Shown: positions 25,325-39,375 of the stretch, piece by piece | How the letters are laid out: each line of letters begins with the position of its first letter | How positions within the stretch are numbered: position 1 is the first letter of the stretch | From: the human T2T-CHM13v2.0 reference genome, Homo sapiens | Strand: one strand, 5' to 3' | Assembly: GCF_009914755.1 (NCBI RefSeq) | Contig: NC_060936.1 | Length of the DNA stretch: 64,000 bases | Notes under the pieces: model-generated | Databases searched by the model: none | Seen by the model: the letters and a program-made list of their open reading frames with translations, nothing else | What the model was told of the DNA's origin: nothing | Made by a program: the position numbers and the translations under genes

Positions 25325-26189
25325 CTCCTGTTTCTTGCCACTTGCACACAACTCAGGGATGGGGTAGGAGGAGGAATATCATAAATGCAAATTCCTGTGC
25401 CTTACACTGGAGCTACTAGATCAGACTACCTGGAGGCTAAGCCCAGGAATCTACATTTTTAACAAGCTTCATAGTTCAGCCTTGCACATATTAAATTTTG
25501 AGAACTGGTTACTTCTCCATCAATGCATGGGGTAATCAGTCACCTTGGGCACATTGGTGTCTTAAAAATGACTTAAACACATAATTGGAACTGTTTTGCT
25601 AAGTCTAGCCTGTGTCTACGTTGCTAGAAAAGCCCTTTTTCCCCTTATTCTGATGGTATAGAAGAAAACAACTGCTTAAATCAAATGAATTAATGTGTTG
25701 ATTGAGCTTTCATTACCTGTCTAGCTTCATGCTGTTTGGAAAATAAATATAAAAGCTATAATCCTGGCCCCTGATGAGCGTACAGGGTTCTTGAGTTGAT
25801 AAAACACACCAGTTAACCAGTTAGAGATGACGAGAAGATGGTGCAAGATTAAGAGCCAGGACGTAAAGCAGATGGCGCGTTTCCAGGGGTAGAGAAATGA
25901 GGACATCGGCAGGTCAGCATTGCAGCCACATCCTTTCTAGCCATCCTCAGATTCCAGCCTAATGATCAGTTGTAAACTCCTAAAGAACTTAAAAAAAATC
26001 CTGGAAAAATTCAGGAGATTCAGGGTGTAGTATAGGAATCTGTTTGATTAAAACACTCCACAGGTGATTCTGATGGGTGTTTCCAGGTTTGGAAACCAGC
26101 ATGCTACCTTTTAAAATAGTAAATGGATTAGTTATCTCTTTTTTAGAGGGGGCATGAGAACAACAGTTCCTTTATCCATTCTTCTATTA

Positions 26190-26560
26190 CACCAGATATG
26201 TTACAGTTGCACTCAAAAATCGTGGTGACTCAACACAACAGAATGTAAACCCAATCAGGACGGGGGTGGCTCTGCTCCATATTGTAGGGGACCAGGGCTT
26301 TGCTGTCTTCGTTGGTGGCTTTCCAGGCCTCCCTGGGTGTTAACATCCAGCACTCAGACAGTCACAGAGGAATGAACACAGTTGTTTGTAATGGCGGCCA
26401 AGATCGTCCAGGCCCGGAAGTTGTGACTATCACTTTCACTGACATTTCACTGGCCAGAAGTCAGCCATGGGCCACACCTGTCTCCAAAGGAGGTTGAGAA
26501 ATGTAGTCCAGCTGAGTACCCTGGAGGACGGGACCAGGCTGTGGTGGGACAGTTCAGTCT
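26190..26560 (-). mobile_element. Diverged MLT1-family (ERVL-MaLR) LTR
   Basis: CACTTTCACTGACATTTCACTGGCCAGAA...AAGGAGGTTGAGAAATGTAGTC motif. Confidence 0.6.
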
Positions 26561-26569
26561 TCTCTAGCA

Positions 26570-26893
26570 CAGCGGTCTCCAACCTTTTTGGCACCAGGAA
26601 TCAGTTTCGTGGAAGACAATTTTTCCATGGAGGACCGAGAGGGGATGGTTTTGGGATGAAATTGTTCCACTTCAGATCATCAGGCATTAGATTCTCATCA
26701 GGAGCATGCAACCTAGATCCCCAGCATGCACAGTTCACAATAGGGTTTGCTCCCATGAGAATCTAATGCTGCTGCTGATCTGACAGGAGCTGGAGCTCAG
26801 GCTGTAATGCTGGCTTGCCCACCGCTCATCTCCTGCTGTGCAGCCTGGTTCCTAACAGGCCATGGACCGGTACCTGGGGGCTGGGGACCCCCG
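26570..26893 (+). mobile_element. MER1B hAT-Charlie element
   Basis: Starts CAGCGGTCTCCAACCTTTTTGGCACCAGG; 8-bp TSD CTCTAGCA / CTCTAGCG. Confidence 0.88.
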
Positions 26894-28369
26894 CTCTAGC
26901 GTGTTCCCTTCCTCTCCAAGTCTTTAAGCATTTTCATTGATCTCTTCTCCTCCAGATTCTCCCAGGTTCTCAAGCAGTGAGGTTCCAAACTAAGGTTTAA
27001 CTCTCTAGTCTTCAGAATGTTCTTTTCTAACTGTTAGAACTGCAAAGACAGCCTTGAAATGGTATATTCTTTATACCTGTTGCCTCCACTTCACTTGGTC
27101 TTACTGTTAGGTTTAACCTTAGGAAATCACTGATATTTTTTGACCTACAGAAGCGGCATTTTCATACAAGTGAATGCTACACTCTCAACTTGATTGAAGA
27201 GCACCCTCAATCTGCCTTCAGCACGTGCACTCCCACTCTGCAGTAGGCAGAGGTTTGAGAACCAAGCCAAAGGAAAGAGAAGAGGGAGGCAGAGTTTCTT
27301 TGTACTACATCTCATCACCTGCTGTGTTTGGGGTCTGCCCTGTCCCACCATAGTAAAGCTCATATCCCACCTCTTCCTGAAACCTTAATAATGACATCTT
27401 ATTTCTGGTTATTTGCCAGAAGCTTTCACACACATGATCTCATTCATTGCTTTGAGGAATTCGCTTGTTTCCGCCTCTCAATTTATGAGATAATGAGAGT
27501 TATGTAATAATTCCCTTCTTCAGTTTAACTGCCAGGAAACTTAGGCCAGCATTTGTGATTAGTCAGAATAATTTTACTGTGTGTTTTTGGTTGGTATATA
27601 TTGTTTTAAAATATGTATTTTACTCATTAATTTTTGAAAACTCATTTTTTCCTCAAGTTTTTTTTTTAAATGTGAAATTTTAAAAATCTCAAGTTCTTAA
27701 AAAATGATGTGGGATAAAACAACTAAATTTAATTATATCATCGTCTTTGGAGGACGGTGTTATCTTCATCTTGCATATGTAGAACCTGAGGTCCATAAAA
27801 ACCAATTTTCCGAGCCCATAAGGCTCCTCAGTGGGGTAACTGGGACTGGGTTTCCCAACCAGATTTAATCCAGGGCCCCTTCTGCTGTATCAATGCTGCC
27901 CTTCCAGACTGTCCCTTTCATCATCACTTTAATCTCTTCCCTCTCGATTTCAGATAACTCGTATTTTAAGACGCCTGAATATTTTCTATCTTATTATTGT
28001 AGATATGTGAGCATCAGCTCCTTAAAGTTACCGAATATTTCTGATCAAATTCTGGTTATTTTTGTCTCATTAAAATGAATATTTAAGTTTTCAGGAGAGA
28101 AGAAGGCACAAATCTCCCTTAAAAAGTAATCCATTTGAGAGATGGATTAATAAAGTAATATTATGAATTCAATATAAATTAACATATGTGTTTTCAAATT
28201 CCAAAAATAGATGAGGGAGATGGAATTACACTAGTGAGTTCAGCATGATTCCTAACCAAGGCCTTTTCATAAGTGGAAGTCTTTCACCTGGCCCTGGGGA
28301 AATCACGGAACTCAATATTTCCTTCACTTAATTGTTTTTCTTTTCCATTTAAGGAAAGGTAGCTTAAAG

Positions 28370-28550
28370 CAGTGGTTCTCAGAATATGGCCCTGAACCAG
28401 CTGCATCAAAATCACCTGGGAACCTACTAGAAGTGCCGATTCTACAAAAAGGAAGCTCCCCACACCCCGCCCTGCCCCACACGGGACCCAGCAGTTTGTG
28501 TTCTAACAAGCCCACCAGGTTTTTGTGATGTATGCTGAAGTTTGAGACTG
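28370..28550. mobile_element. MER5A-like hAT element
   Basis: CAGTGGTTCTCA...ATCACCTGGGAAC...TAACAAGCCC..CAGGT...AAGTTTGAGA. Confidence 0.78.
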
Positions 28551-28970
28551 GTTAGCTTAAAACAGCCTCTGAGAGGGGCTGCAAGCCACTCTTTATTTGG
28601 ATCATAACTAAGTAGTTAAAACATCCCTGAGTGAATTCAAAATGCTAATGAGGAAAATTAATGTCTTTATCAAAAAAAGAAAAAAAGAACAAAACAAACC
28701 TCAGGAGACCAGAAGTAAGTTGCCTCTTTAAGAAGCAGAGCCGCTTTGAGATGTTGCAAGGGGGAGCTAAGAGCAGGGCAGAATTTTCCAGTGTCTTTTG
28801 ACAGGAGGAAGTGGTTGGGGACGACTTATTTTTTTGGCCCGGAGACAGCCTGTCATTATTAGACTAAGCATTGTATCAGATCTAAGTGTGTAGCTTTCTT
28901 AATGTAATGCAGAGCAGGAGCTATACGTTTTGTTTTGTTTTTCATTTTATCAGTAAGAATGAGTGCATTA

Positions 28971-29178
<208 letters not shown>

Positions 29179-29428
29179 CTAAGTCCCGCTTTCTTGGGTG
29201 TTCTCATGGTCATGCTCAGAGAATCCCCCTCTCCCCACCAGCATCCACCAGACTGCACACTGGTGTGCAGGAGAAACCAGCTTGCCTGGCAGCCTGGGTC
29301 CAGCAGTCCCAAACCATCAGAAGGAAGACCGACATCCTGCACCTCCACATGGTCACTAATTCCCTGCTGTGGGGGGCACATTTTGGCCTGACTTGGCTGA
29401 CACAATCTGGGGAAAAAAGAGAAGTATG

Positions 29429-29729
29429 GGCTGAGTACTGTGGCTCTCACTGGTTAATCCCAGCACTTTAGGAGGCAGCAGCAGGAAGATTGCTTGAGCC
29501 TAGGAATTAGATCAGCCTGGGCAAGATGGTGGGACCTTGTCTCTACAAAAATAAAAATAATTAGCTGGCCATAATGCCACGTGCCTGTAGTCCCAGCTAC
29601 CTGGGAGGTTGAGGTGGGAGGATTGCTTGAGCCCAGGAGTTTGAGGTTGTAGTGAGCCATGATCATATCACTGTGCTACAGCCTTGGTGACAGAGACCCT
29701 GTCTCTATTAAAAAAAAAAAAAAAAAAAA
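29429..29729 (+). mobile_element. Diverged full-length AluJ-like SINE, followed by a purine-rich tail extending to about 29783
   Basis: Dimeric Alu structure, J-type TTGAGCCCAGGAGTTTGAGG, poly-A. Confidence 0.9.
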
Positions 29730-30036
29730 GAACAAGAAGAAGAAAGAGACAGAAAGAAAAGAAAGAAGAGAGAAAAGGAGAGGAGCACAGATTGCTCAAC
29801 CCCATGGAGGCAAGGCTCTCACTTCTGCTGGTGGGGCCCTCGGCCCGTCCTGGAGTCGGGGTAGCATCATGGTTGAGATCACATGGACTCCTTGGCTAAA
29901 GTCCTGTTTTGAACACTTGTTGGCTGTGTGATCTTAGATTAGGCACTGTTTCTCTCTGCCTCAACATTCTTGCTCCTAAAGTGGGGTTAATTATATATAC
30001 CTTGCAGGGCTATTCTGAGAATTAAATGAGTTAATG

Positions 30037-30822
<786 letters not shown>

Positions 30823-32074
30823 GATTAATAAGTCATGACAAGTGTTTAGTATAACACCTTGCATATGGTAATCACTGAGTAAAACATTATTACAAACAGC
30901 ACTATTTACTAGGAGATATAGCATCAGAGGTGGTTTTCTATACATATATGGGCCAAGCTCTAGAAGGGTCCTTGTGCAACACACACACACACACAACAGG
31001 TGCTTCTGCTGTTGCCACCAGCAGTTCCATGCCATCCCATCTGGCTGGGGGGAGCCCTGAAAGTGTCTGGATGTATCTGAAGCTGCTGTGCTGGGATGTG
31101 TGCAGTACTAATATGGGAATGACAGTGAGTGGACATTGCATCACATAGTAGCCTTTCCTCCTAGGAGGCAAAGCACTCACCTCCCCATCACCCTGCAGTT
31201 ATCCTCATGGGGGAGGGAGCCAGTCCAGTCCCTTGGGAAGGCAGTGCCAGGGCCAGGACCTGAACCTGCCTTTCTGATCTACAGCAGAGTCAGGCTAAAG
31301 AGGGCAGGCAGAGGCTCGCCAAGGGGCACAGTGGAGTGCTTCAGGACTCACAGTTGCTGGGGCTGAATGCTGGAAACAGCTTGTCAGTTCAACCCAGGAG
31401 ATGCTAAGATGCAGGCTAGAGTCGATGACTTGGTCCTCCCATCAGGGGCTTGCAGACCATGTGACAGTCAGCTGGCACTCCCTTGACCTTTCTGTTGAGT
31501 CCAGAAACCATAGTGCAAGCAGTGGGCTGAAAGCTGTGGCAAGCTGCTGTGTTGGCATGTAATTTGGAAAGCCTATTCACTTAGCCACCTATTAAACACC
31601 TGGTGTGTTTTGAGTCCCCAGTCTGTTTTCTTGTTCATCTCCCACCAAGGGAAAAGCAACATTGACCAATCAAAAGGCAGGCTCAGTCTTGTAGTCTCAG
31701 TAGTACAGTCTTCCCTGTGGCCAAGACGGTGTCTTCAGCATCTGCAGTGGTGTGTGCAGCCATAGGTTGACAATGAAATGCAGGGAGCCAGGATCAGGAA
31801 TCTGACCTGCACCAAGAGCTGTGGGCAGAACAGACCAGCATCTGTGTGATGCTGTGGCTGGTGGTGCAGGAGGCCAGGAGGCATCCAGGAGCCAGAGGGA
31901 TGCCTTGCAGGACTGGGGTGGGGTGGAGGCTGTGTCTAAAATATGGGATGAATGCTAAGAATCAGAAAGTTAGTGACCGCAGGCAGAAGCTCAGAAACAC
32001 ACAGCAGATGTGAAAAGTGCTCCTTGCCCCTGCTTTTTAAATGTTATCTGAATGCCCACAGTGGGCAGAAGCTA

Positions 32075-33110
32075 CTATTCAGTCAACAAATAATGGTCAA
32101 GGGCTGGGCATTGTTGTAGGTGCATCACTAGTTACCTCAGTGAATAAAACAGACAATTCCTACCTGCAAGGAGGTTGCACTTTTGTGGGAAGAAGAAAAT
32201 AAAGGAAAGGAGAACATAAAGGAAAAAATATAAATACGATACATAATATTAGACACAGTGGAGGGATGAATGCAGGGATGGAGATAGGGTGCTTCAGGGT
32301 GGGGTTATAGCTTTTAATAGAGGGGTCAGGGAAGGTGTTACTGTGAAGATAACGTTTGAGCAGACCAGTGGGAAATGGCGAGGTAAGTGCTGTGGATCTG
32401 GGGAGAGGGCATTCAAGGGAGCAGGAGGGCCAGGTGCAGAGGCCCTCAGGTGGGAGTATGCCCAGCGTGTCTGGGAGCAGGAGGGCCAGGTGCGGAGGCC
32501 CTCAGGTGGGAGTATGCCCAGCGTGTCTGGGAGCAGGAGGGCCAGGTGCGGAGGCCCTCAGGTAGGAGCAGGGAGGAGGCAGGTATGGCTGGAACACAGC
32601 AAGTGCTCAGAGGTGAGGTCAGTGAGGAACAGAGGGCACTTAGGGTCTTGTAAGTCATTGTGATGACTGTGGTGCTAACTTGGGGTGAAGTGTGAAGCTA
32701 GTGGAGGCTTTTTAGCAAAGGAGTGACTGATCTGTTTTGAAAGAGAATCATTGCTGGGAGCTTCTCGGTGTTGGTAGAAGTGTGACGGTCAGTCAGGAGG
32801 CTGGATCAGTAATCCAAGAGGCAGATGTTAGCAGCTTGGACCAGAGTGATAAAGGTGGAGGTGGAGAGAAGTTGCTAGATCCTTGATACATTCTAGAAGT
32901 ACACCAGAAATGATCTGCTAACAGACCGGACATGAGGTATGAACAAAGGAAGAGGGAAGATGGACTCTATATCTTGGCTTGAGTGAATGGAAGGCTGGAG
33001 AGTCACCATGATCCGAGATGGGCAGGAGCTGGTTGGGGTGGGGGAGGCTCAAGAATTGGGGTTTGGACATGCCAAGTTTGAGATGCCCAAGTAGAGACTG
33101 ACTGTAGAGG
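32075..33110 (-). mobile_element. L2 LINE fragment
   Basis: ATTCAGTCAACAAATA start, then L2-typical TTTGAGCAGA and GGGTTTGGACATGCCAAGTTTGAGATGCC. Boundaries approximate. Confidence 0.78.
32417..32563 (+). repeat. 56-bp G-rich tandem repeat, about 2.6 copies, within an L2 fragment
   Basis: GGGAGCAGGAGGGCCAGGTGCRGAGGCCCTCAGGTGGGAGTATGCCCAGCGTGTCT at 32417 and 32473, with a partial copy at 32529. Confidence 0.95.
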
Positions 33111-36100
33111 TCTAGGCTGGAGCAGGCAGAAAGACCCAGGATGTGCAAAGGAAAGAGGGAAACAGCAGCAGTAGCACTTGTTCAGCCAAGTCCTGCCTCG
33201 GAGATCAAATGCATAAAGGAAAGGAAATCTCAGAGCCAGCCTCTAACCCTGAGCTTAATCCCAAAGAGCAGCAGAGTAGCCTGGGGTATCCACCCCTCCA
33301 CCCCGGTGGTGCTGCAGAGCCCCTGTTGCACTCACGGGTGGCAAGAGGCAGGGCTCAAAGCTTACCTCACAGGTGTGACTCCCAGGGAGTAGGGGTAGGG
33401 TGAGGACCCCGCTGGAACTGGAATGGACTCTCCTGTATAGTGATGCCTCCTAAGCCTGGGGATGCCTCTGCAAGGGCTCCAGGGGGCTCTCAAAGAGGAG
33501 CAGGCTCTGCCTTTCTCAGATCAGCCCTCTGGCTCTGTTGTTCCCTTGGGCCTGTCTTCAGATAACCACAGTAATCCAGGGAGATGAAATTGGCAGATCA
33601 GAAGCCCTTGATTAGACCTGCAGAATGTCTGCACTGACAAGAACTGCAGAAAGCATCCCGTTCAACTCCCTCCTCTTACAGATGGGGGAACTGAGGTCCA
33701 GGGAGATGATGGGACTTGTCCAAGTTAGAAGCTTCATGACCTAGGGCAAATCACTTAACCCTTGCAATCATGCCAAGTTGAGAGCATTTTCCTAAATGCT
33801 GTGGCTCAGAGATGGCTGTGTGCTCGTGGTTCCTCCTGTTTCTCCCTAACCCTCTTCCACATGGGTTTTTTACTGCCCGATCAGGGTTTGGGGAATGATT
33901 GGCAGCCCGGAGGCCAGCCAGCCCTTTTGGCAATCCAGTCAAATCTGCCCACTGGCTGATGAAACATGGACTCCCTTGGCAGCGAGTACTTCCTCAAGAG
34001 ATATCTTGCTTAAAATTGATGGCCCCCCTTTGGCTTTGCTATTCCCCATGCCCTTGGTGGGGCAGAGAGTTAGTTCCATCCCAAGTTCTTCTCCATTTGC
34101 CAGAGTCCACCTCCACCCCAGCCCAGAGCTGTTTGCTCTGGCTTGCCCTATCCTGCGTTGGCTCCTTTCACTCTCTGCAAACCCTTCTGTCCTTCCCGTT
34201 GTCTGAGCTGCCTTTTTCTTGACTACTTCTTAAGCCTCTGGATTTCTCCTTAAATATCAGCTCTAGGACGCCTGCCTGATGAGCTGAGGTCATTCCTACC
34301 CTCAAGTGACCTGGTGAATTAAGCAACAATACCAGGGATTCCAGGACAGTGAGTTTGAAGATCAGCATCTTTGCTGGCCTGAGGGAGGCCCTTGGCCTGC
34401 TGGGGGTGGATAGAGTGATGCTGACCTTCTGCACAGGCTTTGGGAGGGAACAGTTAGTTACCGCAAATGTCTGGCTATCTAGGTGAAGCACTCCCGACCC
34501 TCTGCTCCTCAACTGTAGTTGTGAATTACAGAGCTGGAAACAGCACACGGGAGCATTTGTTCCACTCCTGTTTCAGGGACAAAACTTAGGCCTGGGTCTC
34601 TAAAACCAGAGGTGCTTGATGCTTCATCCCAAGGCTAAAGGGGCAGATGCCCTCTCTATCTGGCGTTGTGGTTTCCTCTACTTCCACCTTACTGCAGAGT
34701 GGGGGGCTGGAACGTTGGCAAGGATCCAGGACTCCTGTACCCTATCTCATTCTCCTCCCACACCCCTGTCCCTTCATTACAGATAGTCCAACCTCTTTGT
34801 TCTGTGGTTGCTGAATAGCATCCCCCAGGGGACCATCTTCCCTGCAAATGCAGGGTGACGCTGTGCAGTGGTTTCTCTGCCATCATCTTTTCTCTGCTGG
34901 GGATGCCAGAGCATAAACCCATGGTGCAATGGAATGTGCCTGGTAGCAAGGATGAAGACGCGGGGGCTCCAGTGTGCTCCACCCCTTCCTTTCTGTCAGC
35001 CTGAGTGCTCCCGCCCCCTTTGGGCCTCAGTCTCCCACAGAGAGGGAGAGCTGGGTGGCCCAGCAATCTCTGGAGCCCCTTTTGGCTCAGACCTCCTGCA
35101 GTTCTCTGTAGCCTCCTGGTTCCCAGTGTATTTTTAAAGGATCCTGTGTTATTTATCTCAGCATCTCTGCCCCCCTGCGCTCCACGCTCCTATCCATGCA
35201 GTAATGACATCCAAACACCCACACTGTATCTTAACAATCTGATGAGATAAATGCCTCATCGTTGGGCTCCGTGGACACAGAGTAGCAATTCTATTCTGCT
35301 ATCAAAGAGCTCAGAAACTCAGGCAACCAAGGCAGGATGAGCAGGCATGTGGCTTGCCATGTGCCCATCATTGGGCAAAAACACATTCTCCCTGCCCCAA
35401 AGCCCCTGTTTTTCCCCAAAGCAGCCTCACTTTTTCCCTTCCTCCACCTCCAGAACAATGCCTTCGAGCCTGCTGGCATTTGAGAATGGGCCGGGCGGGC
35501 AGTACTGGGGGCATATGGCCTTGTTATTTTGATGGAGCTCCTAGTGGGATGCACCAGCCACTGGCCAGGTCCTGGAAATAATTAAGCTGAGCATATTGAC
35601 CTGGGGGTTGCAGGGCCTTGGGCATGCTGCAACCTCCAACACCTGTTCTCATGCTCCTTCTGCAGTGACCCTCTCGTGCTCTAGGCACACCTGTTAGATG
35701 GAACCTGGGACTTTCAAGGTTGTCACTGCCAGGGCTGGCATGATGTGCTTGCACTCCTGCTCCCTTTATGGACCTGGGAGTTGGGAAGGTGCATTGGGTT
35801 CCAAGAGAAGCAGGAACTGATTTGGTCTTGTAGTGAAAATAGACCTGGCTCTGGTTTGGTAAGTGAGTGACCTTGGACTTAGTTTCCCTAGAAGCAGAAA
35901 TAGGATAACAGTAAGTCTTCCCACTTCAAGGAATGTTATAAGGATCAAGTGAGATCATGTGAAATTCTTAGGAAAGCTGCAAGGGAGTCTACCTATGAAA
36001 CACAGAGGCCATGGGACACAGAGGGAGGAGTAAGGGCTCGAGCTGGGCAGGCCTGGGTGTGAATTCCAGTGTTTCTCTTCAGGCTGTGCTGCCTAGGGAA

Positions 36101-38889
36101 ATGTACTTACCTCTTCTGAGCTTTTCTTTGCTCTTCTGTCAACCAAGGGATAATGAAGCTACACTGACTGGTTACTCACAGTGATAACAGGAGTATCTGT
36201 TATTTATTAAACGCTTATGTTGAGCCAGGACCTTTCTTCCTTTCCTTTTTAAAACCTCCATAAAATGTAGCCGGATTTGTAATCACACATTACTTCACGT
36301 GGACTTTGGCTGGTTTGTGTAGTGTCTCTGTGAGAGCAGGGGTTCTACGGGTATTGCCCGGCGCTGTGTTTCCAAAGCCCAGCATGTGCCTGGCCCACGG
36401 TGGGCGCTTAAGAAATGTTCATGCAGTCAAGGGGGTGCAGCTGCCTGGCAAGGAGAACCCGGGAAATTCATTTACCCTTCTTATTATTCAGTTCCTTCAC
36501 CTGAACTCTCTCAGGCTGGAGCTGAGCTTTGGGTTCATAATATATAATTATTCTCCCCAGTTAAAAATGACTAAACTGAGGTCAGGAGAGGTTAAGTGCT
36601 GTGCCCTAGATCACTCAACTAGGAACTAGGGAACAAAGCCTTCTTGTACAGTACTTGTCAGAGCCTCCTTGGAAGCTTGGGAAAAGGGTGTGGGCAGGAC
36701 TGGGCAGGGAGGAAACAGCTGAGCACCTGCCGGATTCACCATCTGCCCCCATGAAGATACATGGAATCCTATCTCTCATAACGGCCTCCAGCCATGCCCA
36801 TTTTACAGATGAGAAACTGAGGCTGAGAGGGAGAAAGAACCCGAAGCTCAGCTCCAGCCAGAGAGAGTTCAGGTAAAAGAACAGAATAATAAGAAGGGCA
36901 AATGAATTTCCAGAGTTCCTTCATCCCAGAGTAGGATGCTCAGCCTTGCCAGGCAGCTGCACTCAGCTTCCCGCCCTCTCTGAGCAGGGGGGTTGGAATG
37001 TGTCTGCGGAGGGCAGCGAGGAAGGAGCCTGCTGGAATTCCTTCCCTGTGGCACATCTGGGAGGGGTATTCCCCCTGGTGATACTTGGGAAATCATGCTG
37101 GCCTCGCCAGTCCTTTTTTCCACTGTTCTTTTGGTCTCGGAGCACCCGCCAAACATCTGACACTGTTCAGGATCGATTGCACATAAAATGAAGAATGGGT
37201 ATTTAAAAAACAGGTTTTTTTGTGTGTTTTTCCCCCTGTTGTCATCTAAGAAGCAGGTTTTTAGGTTCTTTGATTCTCTCCCAGAATAACAACCATATGG
37301 GGCCTCCACTTACACTGAGCAGCCTGTGCCTTGTGCCAGGGACTGGTTTGTTTCCATTGTCAGCAAACCTTGACTGGCTCCAAACATTTTCACTTCAGGT
37401 GGTTTCTGAAAGAGGGAAAGACTGAGGGGAAAGTGATGATGTGGTCCCTCTGAAGAGGGTTTAGCTTTCAAGGGTATGGCAGGGGTGGGGTCGACAGCCA
37501 GAGGGGTGTGACTTTGAGAAGCCAACTCACCGGCAGGATCCAGCGAGATCCAGGCTCGGTGGCTGGAACAAAGAATGTTTTGAACCACACGGGGCTCTGG
37601 CATGTTTGTTGATCGACTTATCCAAGGCCTGGGCCAGCTGCTCTTGTTCCAGAAGATTTCATGGATTAACTCCCTGGGCTTTGGAAAATTGTGTCTTTTT
37701 TAAGAAAGGGAAGTTTTGAAAAGCAAATGCTCCTGGGCAGGCTGGGGGTGTGGGGAGTGTTGGCTGGAGTGGGAGGTCACATTCGCCCCATGGTGGGATG
37801 GCCAAGGGCTCCCAGCGAGGGAACAGTTGGACCTGTGGTGTCCTGGGGGGAGGGTTCCTCTGAGGGACCCTAATGGACAGAGGAGTGTGGACCCCTGAGC
37901 CTGGGAGCATCGTGGGCATTTAGACCAAACCACGGGAAGGGCTCCCCAATGCTGAAGGTTGCTAGGCGCTGGGGGAGGTTCCCCGGGAGACTGTGGCTAG
38001 AAACACCATCTGCCAAAGATGATTTAGTTCCGGAAGAGGCAAGGGATAGAACGAGATGGTCCTTTCTGTCCCAGTTAATCTTGGTGCTGTTCATTCCGGG
38101 CTGAGCATTCCCTTCCTGAAGTGGAATGGAAGACAGACTCGGCCTTGGGCAGACTCTGAGCATCTTGTGAAAGGGAGAGTCTTACCTCCTTGGCTTTGTC
38201 CCCACCCCCTGCCCAGGGTCGGATGTCTTGGGTGCTTGCCGGCTCTCTGCCCACTGTCCTGCCCTGGCAGCAGGTACCAGCAAGCCTGTGTGCCGTGTGG
38301 GTTACAGGGAGTAGCGGGCACATGATTAAATACTCATGCTTTGTCAAAACACTGACAGTTACAAAATGCCTCCGCGTCTACTCAGGGAAGGGTGAGCAAT
38401 GAGGAAAATGACTTCAATATGCAAAAGACATTCCAAGGAGTCCGGGAGGGAATGCTCATTCTAGAGCCAGGAGGGAGTCATGGGAATTAGTTCTTGATTT
38501 ATAGACCGGCTGAAAGAAATCACCTAGGTTAAACCTGCCTAAATTCTGCTATCTGTGTATGTGCTTAAGGGGATGGGCTCAATGAACTTTGAGACTGTCT
38601 CTTCTCTACTGATGGGAGTGACAGTGAAGTTCCTGATGAAGGAAGGTTTAGGGTGGAGGAATTCTGAGCCCCTGGGTTCTGGATTCAAAATCATACACAG
38701 CCCTCTAGATAACATAGATGTACAGTCGTACAGTCTTTGTGGAGAATTTGAAAAACGAGAATGGTGATTATCTACTTAGGACAGGTTTGGGTACAGCCAC
38801 TCATGGAAGCCAGGAACCAGCTTCTAACCATGGAAGCTTTGTGTTTTCTGTATAAGCTGTCCTTGACTACGGACAAAGAATGGGTACCG

Positions 38890-39375
38890 AGTGTTCAGTT
38901 GGCATCATAATAGGAAACAGAATTCTACACAGATGGTTCAACGGAACAGAGTTTCTTGAGGGGCATATTTATGGAGGGGTAAGGAGACCAGCAAGGGATA
39001 TTGAGGCACCCAGGGCTAAACTTAGAGGGAAGCTGTCATCACCCTAGGGCCTGAGGAGGAAGGGGAGAAAATACTGTTTGGGGGGCCTGGTGGGAGCTGT
39101 AGCTGGGAGGAGGACCATGAGGGAGAAACCATAGTCATGGAAGGATGTTGTCACTGCCAGGACCAAGACACCAAGGTAGGGGGACATGGAAAGAAAACAC
39201 CCTGCCTTCTCTGTCCTCCCATCTCCACTCTCTTATTGACACTGCTCATTGGCCAAACCAACCTGAAGCTGGAGGGCCAGGGAGCCGGGCACCTCAAGCA
39301 GTCCCCATGCACCAAGCTTCCAGGGCACGGGGTCAGGGAACAGAGGGTGGAAGGGGTCTAGGGGAGCCAGCAGGG
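38890..39375 (-). mobile_element. Diverged ERVL-type solo LTR (LTR33/LTR41-like)
   Basis: GAGACCAGCAAGGGAT...CACCCTAGGGCCTGA...CATTGGCCAAACCAACC pattern. Family uncertain. Confidence 0.5.

Noticed and set aside
19573-25347. Metallothionein- or keratin-associated-like Cys-rich CDS from the three - strand ORFs
   Set aside because: These are translations of the VNTR with TTG starts and no promoter or exon evidence, and the frame is broken by 13 stop-containing units.
32289-32663. ORFs with internal peptide repeats
   Set aside because: By-products of the 56-bp tandem repeat in an L2.
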